33,060 nucleotides of DNA from a bacterium (GCA_036339875.1 JAYZAC010000105.1:1-33060); one strand, 5' to 3'. Counted from the stretch's first letter, positions 1-9,463 are shown. Notes: generated by a model not told the origin, from the letters alone. Numbers and translations: made by a program.

Positions 1-88
1 TACCATCCATGCCTGTCAAATAACCCTGCTGATATAGTATCTGACAAGCTCTAATCAAGTCCTTTTTTAATCTGTATCTAACATGCAT
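1..88 (-). CDS. Probable class II aldolase/adducin family protein (FucA/MtnB/AraD-like), 5' fragment; continues off the left edge
   Basis: Not in the ORF track. ATG at 88, preceded by AAGGGG, translates to MHVRYRLKKDLIRACQILYQQGYLTGMDG. This resembles the class II aldolase N-terminal helix plus 'G..G.dGN.S' motif. Overlaps the ecfA2 stop by 11 nt. Only 29 codons are visible. Confidence 0.65.
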   Translation of the reverse strand, partial: MHVRYRLKKDLIRACQILYQQGYLTGMDG

Positions 89-863
89 TATTTTTGCCCC
101 TTAACTCTTCAATGACTTCTGGGCCGTTAACAATAGTAGAAGTTTGTAACCTTCCCTTCAGAAAATTTCTTAATAAAGGGTCTGCAACGTTACACCGAGC
201 TATGCTTTCAGAAACCGATCCCATGAATTTAATCGACTGGTCTTCAAACAATATAGCCTTATCCGCCCATTCAAGTAATGCTTCATGGTCATGACTGACC
301 CACAAAACCAAAGTTTCCGAATTAACATATGATCTCATAGTATTAATCAACTTCATGCTACAACCAGGGTCTATTCCAGCTAAGGGCTCATCAAGGATTA
401 ATATCTTAGGCTTATAAACCAGAACTGAAGCTATCGCCACCCGCCTCCTTTGACCTCCGCTGAGTTCTAAAGGATGTCTGTCTAAAAAAGAATCATCTAG
501 ATCGCAATTTCTTAGACTATTTGAAATAAGACTTGGCCATAAATCCTCTGAAATATCAAAATTTTTTAGCGCAAATTCTAATTCGCGACCAACAGTGTCT
601 TCAAATAATTGGTGCTCAGGTTGTTGAAAAATATATGAAACATCTACCGGTCTTAGACTAATACCATTAGCTCTGATTCGAATTTTATTATCTAGCAAAC
701 CTGCAATTAACTTAACAAACGTTGATTTTCCTGAACCAGTAGCTCCCAATAAGCCAACTAAATTTCCTGCATTTATACAAAAGGACTGACAATTTAAACC
801 TATTTTTTCAAATGGTGTGCCGGAATCATAACTCCACACTAAATCATTCAATTCAAAATTCAT
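78..863 (-). CDS. ecfA2: Energy-coupling factor transporter ATPase EcfA2 (CbiO-like)
   Basis: Walker A GATGSGKST, Q-loop IFQQPEHQLFE, signature LSGGQRRRVAIA, Walker B ILILDEP, H-switch VSHD; second of a tandem ATPase pair. Confidence 0.88.
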   Translation of the reverse strand: MNFELNDLVWSYDSGTPFEKIGLNCQSFCINAGNLVGLLGATGSGKSTFVKLIAGLLDNKIRIRANGISLRPVDVSYIFQQPEHQLFEDTVGRELEFALKNFDISEDLWPSLISNSLRNCDLDDSFLDRHPLELSGGQRRRVAIASVLVYKPKILILDEPLAGIDPGCSMKLINTMRSYVNSETLVLWVSHDHEALLEWADKAILFEDQSIKFMGSVSESIARCNVADPLLRNFLKGRLQTSTIVNGPEVIEELRGKNNAC

Positions 864-1629
864 TAGATTTTCTTTCTAGACCGTGACGAACGCCTACATT
901 CCAGCCCATATTCCAAAACTTATCACTTCTGGAAAAATCATCAAACCCATTAAAACAATCCACCTCACCAGAATCCAAACAATAAATAGTTTCAGCTTGA
1001 CGAACCTCATCAACTATATGACTAACCAAAAGAATACCCATATCATTTTTGGTCAATCCTTTGAGAAACTGAAACATATCAATTCTAGCTAAGGGGTCGA
1101 GCATAGCTGAGGGCTCATCAAGTATTAAAAAATTTGCCTGAGCTGCCAATGCTCCAGCAATAGCTAAGCGCTGCTTCTGACCGCCAGAAAGCATCTGAGG
1201 ATTAGAGTTCTCAAATCCACCTAAACCAGCCCTAACTATTGAACTTGAGACTAAAGACTTCATTGAATCGACTTCCATAGCTCTATTCTCAGGCACAAAA
1301 GCGACATCATCAAATACAGTCGTAGCTACTATTTGATTTTCAGGATTTTGAAAAATTGGATAAAAAAGACGCGATCTTAAAGAAGAATCTAATGATACTT
1401 TTTTACAGGAGCTGTGCTGTAAATATATTTCTCCGGCTAGAGGATCTAATAATCCCAAAAGCAATTTTATAAGAGTTGACTTCCCGGCACCATTTACACC
1501 AACTAAGCTAGATATAGAGCCAGTTTTTAATGACAAAGACACATTTTTAAGAGCAAAGGTAGCGGGATCCTCATAATGAAAAGCTACTTCATCAAAAACA
1601 ATTTGAAAAGATTTAGGAAAAGTACACAT
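853..1629 (-). CDS. ecfA1: Energy-coupling factor transporter ATPase EcfA1 (CbiO-like)
   Basis: Walker A GVNGAGKST, FQNPENQIVATTVFDDVAF, LSGGQKQRLAIAG, DEPSAMLDP; follows rplQ. Start codon uncertain (no SD). Confidence 0.88.
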   Translation of the reverse strand: MCTFPKSFQIVFDEVAFHYEDPATFALKNVSLSLKTGSISSLVGVNGAGKSTLIKLLLGLLDPLAGEIYLQHSSCKKVSLDSSLRSRLFYPIFQNPENQIVATTVFDDVAFVPENRAMEVDSMKSLVSSSIVRAGLGGFENSNPQMLSGGQKQRLAIAGALAAQANFLILDEPSAMLDPLARIDMFQFLKGLTKNDMGILLVSHIVDEVRQAETIYCLDSGEVDCFNGFDDFSRSDKFWNMGWNVGVRHGLERKSNEF

Positions 1630-1631
1630 AT

Positions 1632-1664
1632 AAAAAAAAAGGTCACACCTAAAGATGTGACCTT
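1632..1664 (-). terminator. Rho-independent terminator after rplQ
   Basis: Minus strand AAGGTCACATC-TTTA-GGTGTGACCTT (11-bp stem with one G-U) running into a 9-T tract. Confidence 0.9.
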
Positions 1665-1681
1665 ATCATTTATATATTGAT

Positions 1682-2158
1682 TTATACCAGACTTATAACT
1701 GCCATTTCTGCATTATCACCTAATCTAGGTCCAACCTTGATAATACGAGTATAACCACCGGGACGCTCCGTATATGCCGTAGCGATCTCAGTGAAAAGCT
1801 TCTTAACTATTCGAGGGTACTCGGTAGTCATATCAAATTCTGTATTACTTGCCTTTGCTTTCTTACGTTCTTTGCGCTGTTTTCTTGTTAATTCAACAAA
1901 ATTTCTTTTGTTTTGACCACTTGTGAAAAATGATATTGCATTGCGTACATATCTATCGCGATTGGCCTCATCTGCATTACCACGTTTAGCTAAAGTGATT
2001 AAACGCTCAACAACTGGGCGCAAAAGCTTTGCTTTTGCAAGAGTAGTTTTAATCTTACCTTCACCTGAGCTCAATAGACTGTAAACCAAGTTACGACGCA
2101 ACGCTAATTGATGATCTGGACGCCGTCCTAATTTAGTTTTCCTTACACGATGTCTCAT
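1682..2158 (-). CDS. rplQ: 50S ribosomal protein bL17, with internal insertion
   Basis: MRHR...KLGR, IKTTLAKAK, ERLITLAK, RPGGYTRIIKVGPRLGDNAEMAVI. Confidence 0.97.
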   Translation of the reverse strand: MRHRVRKTKLGRRPDHQLALRRNLVYSLLSSGEGKIKTTLAKAKLLRPVVERLITLAKRGNADEANRDRYVRNAISFFTSGQNKRNFVELTRKQRKERKKAKASNTEFDMTTEYPRIVKKLFTEIATAYTERPGGYTRIIKVGPRLGDNAEMAVISLV

Positions 2159-2160
2159 TT

Positions 2161-3132
2161 CTAAATCCCTTCTCGATCATCCTTAAGCTTTAAGCCATAC
2201 TGAGACAATTTCTCTCTTATCTCGGTTAATGACTTTTTACCAAAGTTCTTGATTTGCATCAACTCGTCGATCGACACCTCAGCAAGCTGTCCCAAGGTTT
2301 TAATGTTACCAATTTCCAAACAATTTCTAGATCGTACCGAGAACTCTAAATCCTTGATCGTAATATCATCATTGGATTCTACATTTTCCTCTTGTTTGCC
2401 TTCTAACTGGAAATCCAAAGAAGGAAAAGGTGACTCAACTTCAATAGTACCCATAAAATCGTAGTAAGACATGAGCATCTTAGAGGCAAATCTTAATGCC
2501 TCTTCGGGAAACATAGCACCGTTTGTTTCTACATTTAGTACTAATTTATCATAGTTTATATCCTGTCCAACTCTTGCATCACTAACAGCATAACTTACCT
2601 TTTTAACGGGGGTAAAGTGACCATCTAGGTACATAGTTTCTAGACTTTCCTCTCCGTCACCTTTGTAGCTGTGGTCGTAACCTCTACCAGAGCGAACATC
2701 TAACTCCATGTACAATTCATAGTTTTCATCAGTAATAGTGCATATAGGGTGTTCCGTATTTACTACCTTTAATTTCGTACCTACCTCTAGGTCACTTGCA
2801 GTAACTACACCCGCCCCAGCTTTCGATAAAACAATCTGTATTGGCCCATCAACTTCCTCAACTGAAGCTAATACGACTTGCTTAAGATTTAGAAGAATCT
2901 CTAGAACATCTTCCTTTACACCAGGTATGAAAGAATATTCATGCAGGACACCGCGGATTCTTACACCACTGATTGCCAAACCAGGCATTGCTGACAAAAG
3001 AACTCGACGAAGAGAATTTCCCAGCGTCAAGCCGAAACCCTTCTCTAATGGTTCAAATGTAAAAGTGCCTTGGAAAACACTATTAGCATCCCCACGTTCA
3101 ACCTTAAAATTTGGTTCTTGAACTTTAATCAC
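2161..3132 (-). CDS. rpoA: RNA polymerase alpha subunit
   Basis: EPLEKGFGLTLGNSLRRVLLS, GVLHEY, alpha-CTD LEFSVRSRNCL...NFGKKSL; GTG start with GAGGAGG SD. Confidence 0.98.
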   Translation of the reverse strand: MIKVQEPNFKVERGDANSVFQGTFTFEPLEKGFGLTLGNSLRRVLLSAMPGLAISGVRIRGVLHEYSFIPGVKEDVLEILLNLKQVVLASVEEVDGPIQIVLSKAGAGVVTASDLEVGTKLKVVNTEHPICTITDENYELYMELDVRSGRGYDHSYKGDGEESLETMYLDGHFTPVKKVSYAVSDARVGQDINYDKLVLNVETNGAMFPEEALRFASKMLMSYYDFMGTIEVESPFPSLDFQLEGKQEENVESNDDITIKDLEFSVRSRNCLEIGNIKTLGQLAEVSIDELMQIKNFGKKSLTEIREKLSQYGLKLKDDREGI

Positions 3133-3148
3133 GAATTCCTCCTCAATA

Positions 3149-3775
3149 TTATCTTGAATAGTATTCCACTACAAGATTCTCTTGAATATCAAAATCAATC
3201 TGGCTGCGAGACGGTAAATTATTATAAATACCCTCGAGCTTCTGTCCGTCTACCTTAACGTACTCAGGAATACCCCTAGCTGCTGCATCAACATAAGATC
3301 CTTGCACTGCTTTAGAAATTTTAGACCCTTCTTTGAGTGTAATCACCGAACCAGGTTTTACCTGAATAGAAGGCGTCCTAGCTTTACCACCATCAATTAA
3401 GAAATGGCCGTGTACAACCCACTGTCTAGCCTGAGCTCGACTGCGGGCAAAACCCATTCTAAACACAACATTATCTAAACGTGACTCTAATAATTGCAAT
3501 AGTCCTTCACCGGTAATCGCAAATTTCTTCGCTTTATCATAATAGCGCTGAAGCTGCTTCTCACGAACACCATAAGCGTACAGCAATTTTTGTTTTTCCC
3601 ACAACTGAACCCCATAAGTTGACATTTTCTTTCGGCGACCTAGTGTGGAACCAATGTTCCTTTGATGTGTCGCCAAATCAATATTTTTCAACGCGAAGTG
3701 CTTCTGACACTTCGGAGTGAGTGGAACTTTCAAACGTTTACTAAGTTTGACCATTGGGCCTCTATAGCGTCCCAT
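3149..3775 (-). CDS. rpsD: 30S ribosomal protein uS4 (no N-terminal Cys4 zinc cluster)
   Basis: MGRYRGP, LESRLDNVVFRMGFA, ARQWVVHGH, LVVEYYSR. Confidence 0.97.
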   Translation of the reverse strand: MGRYRGPMVKLSKRLKVPLTPKCQKHFALKNIDLATHQRNIGSTLGRRKKMSTYGVQLWEKQKLLYAYGVREKQLQRYYDKAKKFAITGEGLLQLLESRLDNVVFRMGFARSRAQARQWVVHGHFLIDGGKARTPSIQVKPGSVITLKEGSKISKAVQGSYVDAAARGIPEYVKVDGQKLEGIYNNLPSRSQIDFDIQENLVVEYYSR

Positions 3776-3849
3776 AACATTCCCCCGTATAATTTTTCAA
3801 TTTTTTCATTATTACAATTCCAAGACTAATTACAACTTTAAAGCCTTCA

Positions 3850-4224
3850 CTACATCCGACGACGCTTCTTCAACTTGCAGCCATTGTGAGGATGAGGAGT
3901 AATATCCTTCAAGCCTACTACTTTGATAGCTGAGCCCTGAAAAACCTTAACAGCAGAATCTTTGCCTTGCCCTGGACCGCTAATATAAACTTCTATGGAT
4001 CCTAAACCCATATCCAAACCATCTTTGACAACTTTGTTAGCTGCCAACTGCGCTGCATATGGAGTATTTTTTCTCGAGCCCTTAAACCCAACATTACCTG
4101 AACTCGACCATGCCACGACATTGCCGGACATATCTGTCAATGTGATCAAAGTGTTATTAAAGGACGATCTTATATACACGCGTCCCTTTGTTATTGATCG
4201 CTTGATGCGTTTTGCTTTACTCAT
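3850..4224 (-). CDS. rpsK: 30S ribosomal protein uS11
   Basis: SFNNTLITLTD, GFKGSRKNTPYAAQ, DITPHPHNGC. Confidence 0.97.
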   Translation of the reverse strand: MSKAKRIKRSITKGRVYIRSSFNNTLITLTDMSGNVVAWSSSGNVGFKGSRKNTPYAAQLAANKVVKDGLDMGLGSIEVYISGPGQGKDSAVKVFQGSAIKVVGLKDITPHPHNGCKLKKRRRM

Positions 4225-4236
4225 TATTTGCTCCGA

Positions 4237-4608
4237 TTATTTCTTACGTCTTGCACCGACTGTTCGACGTGGTCCCTTACGAGTCCTCGCGTTCGTTCGA
4301 GTTCGTTGTCCTCTACAGGGAAGACCTCTCCTATGTCTCAAACCACGGTAGCAACCAATATCCATCAATCGTTTGATGTTCATTGTGCGCTCTTTTCGTA
4401 GATCCCCTTCTACCTTGTAACTTTCCTGAATTTCCTTAGCAATTTTAGATACTTCACTATCGGCTAAATCTCGAACCCTAGTGTTGTAATCAATTTTAAG
4501 CTTATCCAAGATTTGCTTCGAAGAAGTCAATCCAATACCAAAAATGTAGGTTAGTGCATACTCGATGCGCTTTCCTCTAGGTAAATCTACACCTGCAATA
4601 CGTGCCAT
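4237..4608 (-). CDS. rpsM: 30S ribosomal protein uS13
   Basis: [36 protein letters not shown]. Confidence 0.98.
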   Translation of the reverse strand: MARIAGVDLPRGKRIEYALTYIFGIGLTSSKQILDKLKIDYNTRVRDLADSEVSKIAKEIQESYKVEGDLRKERTMNIKRLMDIGCYRGLRHRRGLPCRGQRTRTNARTRKGPRRTVGARRKK

Positions 4609-4617
4609 AACGCTCTC

Positions 4618-4731
4618 CTATCCCTGTCTCTGCTTATGCTTTGCATTTTCACAAATCACACGCAAGACACCTTTGCGACGTATTATCTTGCATTTTTCGC
4701 ATATTTTTTTAACTGATGCTCGCACTTTCAT
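4618..4731 (-). CDS. rpmJ: 50S ribosomal protein bL36 (zinc-ribbon type), 37 aa
   Basis: Not in the ORF track; hand-translated as [40 protein letters not shown] follows the adk stop after a 1-nt gap. Confidence 0.98.
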   Translation of the reverse strand: MKVRASVKKICEKCKIIRRKGVLRVICENAKHKQRQG

Positions 4732-4732
4732 T

Positions 4733-5413
4733 CTAAACCTCTGCTACCCGAGAACTTGGTTTCACAAGCTCTCCTAAGATGAAGTCGGTTATTTTATCTT
4801 TTTCTTGCGATCCGTCAATGTTTAAAATTGAATGAACCCCAGAATAATAATTTATTATTGGAAAAGTACTATTAGAATAAACTTCCAAGCGATTTCTAAT
4901 AACCCCTTCTTCATCGTCTTTACGTCTTATCAAAGCCTTCGATCCACAACTTGGGCATATCTCAGTATCTACAGCCGAAAGCTGATTTACATTAAAAATC
5001 GATTTGCAGTCTCCGCAAACTCTTCTAGCTGTTAACCTTTGTACAACTTCTTCAGCATCCACTTCTAGGTTAATAATTCTATCTACTTTGACATCATTAT
5101 CAGTAAAAGACAGATCTAAGGCTTTAGCTTGTACTAATGTCCTAGGAAACCCATCAAGCAAAAACCCAACATGGCTGTCCGATTCTAATACCGTTTGAAC
5201 CTCAGACAAAATCATTTCTATCATAAGGTCATCAGGCACTAGCTCACCAGCTTTCATGTAACTTTCTGCTCTTTTTCCCAATTCCGACTGCACGGCCACC
5301 GCAGATCGCAACATATCACCCGAGGAAAGGTGTTTAATACCCAACTCATTCGATATAATTTCTGCTTGCGTACCTTTGCCAGCTCCGGGTGGCCCCATTA
5401 TCAATAAGTTCAT
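4733..5413 (-). CDS. adk: Adenylate kinase with Cys4 zinc lid
   Basis: [30 protein letters not shown], lid CGDC...CPSC, RKDD. Confidence 0.97.
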   Translation of the reverse strand: MNLLIMGPPGAGKGTQAEIISNELGIKHLSSGDMLRSAVAVQSELGKRAESYMKAGELVPDDLMIEMILSEVQTVLESDSHVGFLLDGFPRTLVQAKALDLSFTDNDVKVDRIINLEVDAEEVVQRLTARRVCGDCKSIFNVNQLSAVDTEICPSCGSKALIRRKDDEEGVIRNRLEVYSNSTFPIINYYSGVHSILNIDGSQEKDKITDFILGELVKPSSRVAEV

Positions 5414-5415
5414 AC

Positions 5416-6711
5416 CTAACTCTTCATGAACCCTTCATAATGCCGGGTCACCATATAGGATTCCATTTGACGCACTGTATCTAACATCACACTGACCACA
5501 ATAAGTAAACTAGTACCACCAAAGTAAAAAGTCACATTCATATATTTTGACATTAAAGGTGGAATAAGACTTACGATAGCTAGGAACAGAGCTCCACACA
5601 ATGTGATTCTAGTAACAATACGGTCAATGAAGTCCGCCGTCTTACGCCCTGCTCGAATACCCGGTATAAAACCACCATATTTCTTAAGATTCTCAGCCAT
5701 CTCAGTAGGATTCAACTGAATCGCTGTGTAAAAATATGTGAAGAATATTATTAGCAAAGCGTAAAGACCCAAATGAAAGTAATGTGTATGACCAAACCAA
5801 ATCGTGGCCGTAACTAACCATTCTTCTTGAGGAAACTTACCCTGAAAATACTGAAATATAATGGGAGGAAACATCATAATGGAAGAAGCGAATATTATAG
5901 GAATCACACCCGCCATGTTTACCCGTAGTGGAATAAAAGACTTTAGGCCTCCCTGTGATTTCCCACCAGCATTACGACGAGCATGCTGAATTGGAATTTT
6001 TCGTACTCCATCTTGAATATAGACTATGGATGCTACTACCACCAAACAAATCGCTACGATAGATAATAGTCGTCCAACATCGGGAATCGATGTGAAGTCA
6101 GTTACCTGTAATGTTTCCACGATCGCAGCTGGAAATGTCGCCAAAATACCAACCGTGATCAAAAGTGACATACCGTTCCCGATACCTTTATTGGTCATCT
6201 GTTCACCAAGCCACATTATGAAAGCCGTTCCCGCAGACAATGTAATTACTGCCATAGCCATGAATTTCCATCCTGACATGACTGGAAGAACGACACCTGG
6301 CATGCTCTCCAACCATGTGGCTATTCCAAGAGCCTGTATCGCCCCTAAAAAGATCGTCCCGTACTTTGTGTACATATTGATTTTTTTTCGGCCTTCAGCA
6401 CCTTCTTCTTTTTGCAATTTTTCCAAATACGGTACAACGTAAACCAGTAACTGCATTATGATTGAAGCATTGATATAAGGCGCAATCCCCAGCGAGAACA
6501 CACTAAATCTTTCCAGCGCCCCACCGGAGAACATATTCAAGAAACCAAGAACTCCCTGTTGGCCTTCAAATAATTTAGCCACCTCGTCCGGATTTACTCC
6601 TGGCGTCGGGATTTGGCAACCTAATCTAAACACGGCTACCATAGCCAAAGTGAAAAGAATTCGACTCCGCAGCTCGTCAATTTTCCAGGAGTTTTCCAAT
6701 ATCTGCCACAT
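5416..6711 (-). CDS. secY: Preprotein translocase subunit SecY
   Basis: FSVFSLGIAPYINASIIMQLL, MWLGEQMT..GIGNG.S, AGVIPIIFASS, GGFIPGIRAG, GGTSLLIVV; TAATG overlap with rplO. Confidence 0.98.
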   Translation of the reverse strand: MWQILENSWKIDELRSRILFTLAMVAVFRLGCQIPTPGVNPDEVAKLFEGQQGVLGFLNMFSGGALERFSVFSLGIAPYINASIIMQLLVYVVPYLEKLQKEEGAEGRKKINMYTKYGTIFLGAIQALGIATWLESMPGVVLPVMSGWKFMAMAVITLSAGTAFIMWLGEQMTNKGIGNGMSLLITVGILATFPAAIVETLQVTDFTSIPDVGRLLSIVAICLVVVASIVYIQDGVRKIPIQHARRNAGGKSQGGLKSFIPLRVNMAGVIPIIFASSIMMFPPIIFQYFQGKFPQEEWLVTATIWFGHTHYFHLGLYALLIIFFTYFYTAIQLNPTEMAENLKKYGGFIPGIRAGRKTADFIDRIVTRITLCGALFLAIVSLIPPLMSKYMNVTFYFGGTSLLIVVSVMLDTVRQMESYMVTRHYEGFMKS

Positions 6712-7151
6712 TATTTTACCTTGGTTGTTCCACCAGCACCTGAGATTTTTGAAATGGCTGATTGAGAAAATTTATGGGCCGTGACATTGAGCTTTTTTTC
6801 TAATTCACCGCCACCTAAAATTTTAACAAGATCAGTAGACTTCTTAATAATTCCTTTTTCAAGAAGTAATTCAGGAGTGACCTCTGTACCATTGTCAAAT
6901 TGATTTAAAGCAGTCAGGTTAACTGGAACATATTCAACTCTGGTAAAGTTTTTAAAGCCCCGCTTGGGCACCCGACGAAAAATAGGCGTTTGACCACCCT
7001 CAAAACCAACATAGGGTCGACCACCGCCGCTACGGGATAATTGACCTTTTTGTCCACGACCACAAGTCTTGCTCCCCGCGCTGAAACCAAGTCCATATCG
7101 TTTTTTAGCTTTTCTACCTTTGACCTTATCTAGGCTAGTAATGCTCAACAT
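6711..7151 (-). CDS. rplO: 50S ribosomal protein uL15
   Basis: [33 protein letters not shown]. Confidence 0.97.
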   Translation of the reverse strand: MLSITSLDKVKGRKAKKRYGLGFSAGSKTCGRGQKGQLSRSGGGRPYVGFEGGQTPIFRRVPKRGFKNFTRVEYVPVNLTALNQFDNGTEVTPELLLEKGIIKKSTDLVKILGGGELEKKLNVTAHKFSQSAISKISGAGGTTKVK

Positions 7152-7178
7152 GGCATTCTCCCCTTTAACACTCTTCTA

Positions 7179-7361
7179 TTACTGTACTTTCTCAACTTTT
7201 ATTAAATGTTTCACTTTCTCTACCATACCTAGTACGTCAGGAGTAGTATCGTGAACTCGAGATTTACCTCGGCCATGAAGTCCTAGAGCAACTAGATTAG
7301 CTTTTTGACGACTTGACGAGCCAATTTCACTTTTAACTTGAGTAACTTTTATCTGTTTCAT
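7179..7361 (-). CDS. rpmD: 50S ribosomal protein uL30
   Basis: IKVTQVKSEIG, ALGL, GMVEKVKHLIKVE; lies between rpsE and rplO. Confidence 0.95.
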   Translation of the reverse strand: MKQIKVTQVKSEIGSSSRQKANLVALGLHGRGKSRVHDTTPDVLGMVEKVKHLIKVEKVQ

Positions 7362-7370
7362 CTGTAACTC

Positions 7371-8090
7371 CTAATGGAAAATCTGATCCGGATTTCTATC
7401 ACGCAATCCACAAATTTCCTTTAGAGACTTAATACTTCCAAGTGCCTTAATAGTAGCTCTAAGAACATTTACTGGGTTGTTCGATCCCAATGATTTCGAA
7501 AGGATATTTCGAAAACCAGCAGCTTCAACAACTGCACGAACCGATCCTCCGGCAATAATACCAGTACCCTCGGATGCGGGTCGCAATAGGACGCGTCCGG
7601 CTCCGAATTTAGCCTCCACCTCATAAGGTATCGTACCATCCAATATCACTGTTTTGATCATACTTTTCTTAGCAGCTTCGAAACTCTTTTGTATTGCGCC
7701 CGGTACTTCGTTAGCTTTACCTAATCCAACACCAACACTACCTTTACCATCGCCTACTACCGAGATAGCTGAAAAACTGAAACGACGTCCGCCCTTGACT
7801 ACCTTGGCAACTCTAGAAATCCGTACCACCGTTTCTATAAATTCCTGCTCATCATCTACTTTTTCACGCTGAGAAAAACTTTTTACGTCCTTCACCGAAA
7901 CACTTTGCTCAAGATCTAATTTCTCCAATGGAGTTGCATCTTCATCGTCAGCAATTTGTATGAGATCTGCAACATCATCAGTAATAGATTGACCCTCTTC
8001 AATTACTGCCTCTTCTGTAGCTGCACTTTCATTAACAACAGCCTTTTTTTCGATGGCTTCTTCTGTAGATTTAACTTCTTTTTCGCACAT
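7371..8090 (-). CDS. rpsE: 30S ribosomal protein uS5 with ~80-aa acidic N-terminal extension
   Basis: [53 protein letters not shown] 12 nt after the rplR stop with AGGGG SD. Confidence 0.96.
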   Translation of the reverse strand: MCEKEVKSTEEAIEKKAVVNESAATEEAVIEEGQSITDDVADLIQIADDEDATPLEKLDLEQSVSVKDVKSFSQREKVDDEQEFIETVVRISRVAKVVKGGRRFSFSAISVVGDGKGSVGVGLGKANEVPGAIQKSFEAAKKSMIKTVILDGTIPYEVEAKFGAGRVLLRPASEGTGIIAGGSVRAVVEAAGFRNILSKSLGSNNPVNVLRATIKALGSIKSLKEICGLRDRNPDQIFH

Positions 8091-8102
8091 ATATACTACC
8101 CC

Positions 8103-8471
8103 TTATGGAAGAAGCTTTGCTTCTCGAACACCATCCGCAAACGCCTTAACCACACCATGGTATGGATAGCCATTACGATCAAATACTACCTTAGCTATCT
8201 TCTTTTCCTGCATACGCTTTGTAACAAGTTGCGCTAATGCAACCGCTTGTTCAAGTTTAGGCTTACTCTTTACCTCGTCTCTAATTTCAGGACTCAATGT
8301 AGAAGCACCGGTTATTGTAACGCTTTCATCGTCATTAACAACCTGAGCAAAAATATTGCGACCAGATTTGAAAACAACCAATCGGGGCACGCTTGATGTC
8401 CCATGCACTTTTTTACGGACACGCTGATGACGCATGAGACGTCTTGAATTACGATCTTTGATATCTGCCAT
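8103..8471 (-). CDS. rplR: 50S ribosomal protein uL18
   Basis: RHQRVRKKVHGT..PRLVVFKS, VVFDRNGYPYHG. Confidence 0.97.
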   Translation of the reverse strand: MADIKDRNSRRLMRHQRVRKKVHGTSSVPRLVVFKSGRNIFAQVVNDDESVTITGASTLSPEIRDEVKSKPKLEQAVALAQLVTKRMQEKKIAKVVFDRNGYPYHGVVKAFADGVREAKLLP

Positions 8472-8481
8472 GATTTAACCT

Positions 8482-9045
8482 CTACTTCTTACCAGCTTTT
8501 TTACCAGCTTTAAGCTTGATATGTTGCCCGGTATGACGAATCCCTTTTCCTTTGTAAGGCTCAGGTGGTCGCTGACGAATAACATCTGCAGCAAACTGTC
8601 CCAATTTAGCCTTATCAATCCCCGTTAGAGTGATTTCATCTTGCTTCTTACTAACCTCCGCCTTTATACCCTCAGGTATAGGCATTAGCACATCGTGTGA
8701 TTTACCAACTTCCAATTGCAGTTGGGTGCCTTTCACACTTGCACGATAACCGACTCCAATTAGAGTAAGCTTCCGCTCATATCCCTTGCTCACACCAACT
8801 ACCATATTATTGATGAGAGCTCTCGTGAGTCCGTGCAAAGCTCTAATTTTACGATGCTGAGATTCCACTATCACATTGACTATGTTGCCATCTAAGGAAA
8901 CTGAAACATCTGAATGTACATCCATACTTAAGCTGCCCAGTTTTCCGCTAATAGTAATATTATTTTTTCCGAGTTCTGCTTTTACATCTTGGGGCAAAAC
9001 CACAGGAGCACGCCCAATCCTTGAAGTTATAATTTTTTGTTCCAT
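8482..9045 (-). CDS. rplF: 50S ribosomal protein uL6
   Basis: SRIGRAPV, HGLTRALINNMVVGVSKG, RPPEPYKGKGI; start corrected from 9069 to the ATG at 9045 (AGGAG SD overlapping the rpsH stop). Confidence 0.96.
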   Translation of the reverse strand: MEQKIITSRIGRAPVVLPQDVKAELGKNNITISGKLGSLSMDVHSDVSVSLDGNIVNVIVESQHRKIRALHGLTRALINNMVVGVSKGYERKLTLIGVGYRASVKGTQLQLEVGKSHDVLMPIPEGIKAEVSKKQDEITLTGIDKAKLGQFAADVIRQRPPEPYKGKGIRHTGQHIKLKAGKKAGKK

Positions 9046-9053
9046 CTCAACTC

Positions 9054-9446
9054 CTACCACACGAAGCAAAGTATTTCGCCGCCGACACCAAGTTTGCGAG
9101 CTTTCTTACCCGCTATGATACCCTTGGATGTCGAAACAATGGCAGTACCCAGTCCACCTAGAACCCTTGGAATTTCTCTGAATCCTGTGTAATTCCTAAG
9201 TCCTGGTTTCGATATTCGCTCTAAGCCCTGAATAACCTTTTCTCCCTTTTTATATTTAAGGTCGATCGTAAGGGTTTTAGCATGCCCGTCACCAGCTATA
9301 CCGAAATCATTGATGTAACCTTCATTCTTCATTACTTCTGCAATCTGTACCTTCATTTTTGAAGAAGGCATAGAAACACTAGAAAACATACGATTGTTAG
9401 CGTTTCGTATTCTTGTTAGCATGTCTGCTATTGGATCTGTCATCAT
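9054..9446 (-). CDS. rpsH: 30S ribosomal protein uS8
   Basis: MMTDPIADMLTRIRNA, RISKPGLR, VSTSKG, GGEILCFVW; start corrected from 9533 to 9446 (GAGGGGG SD). Confidence 0.97.
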   Translation of the reverse strand: MMTDPIADMLTRIRNANNRMFSSVSMPSSKMKVQIAEVMKNEGYINDFGIAGDGHAKTLTIDLKYKKGEKVIQGLERISKPGLRNYTGFREIPRVLGGLGTAIVSTSKGIIAGKKARKLGVGGEILCFVW

Positions 9447-9463
9447 ATTGGATACCCCCTCGC

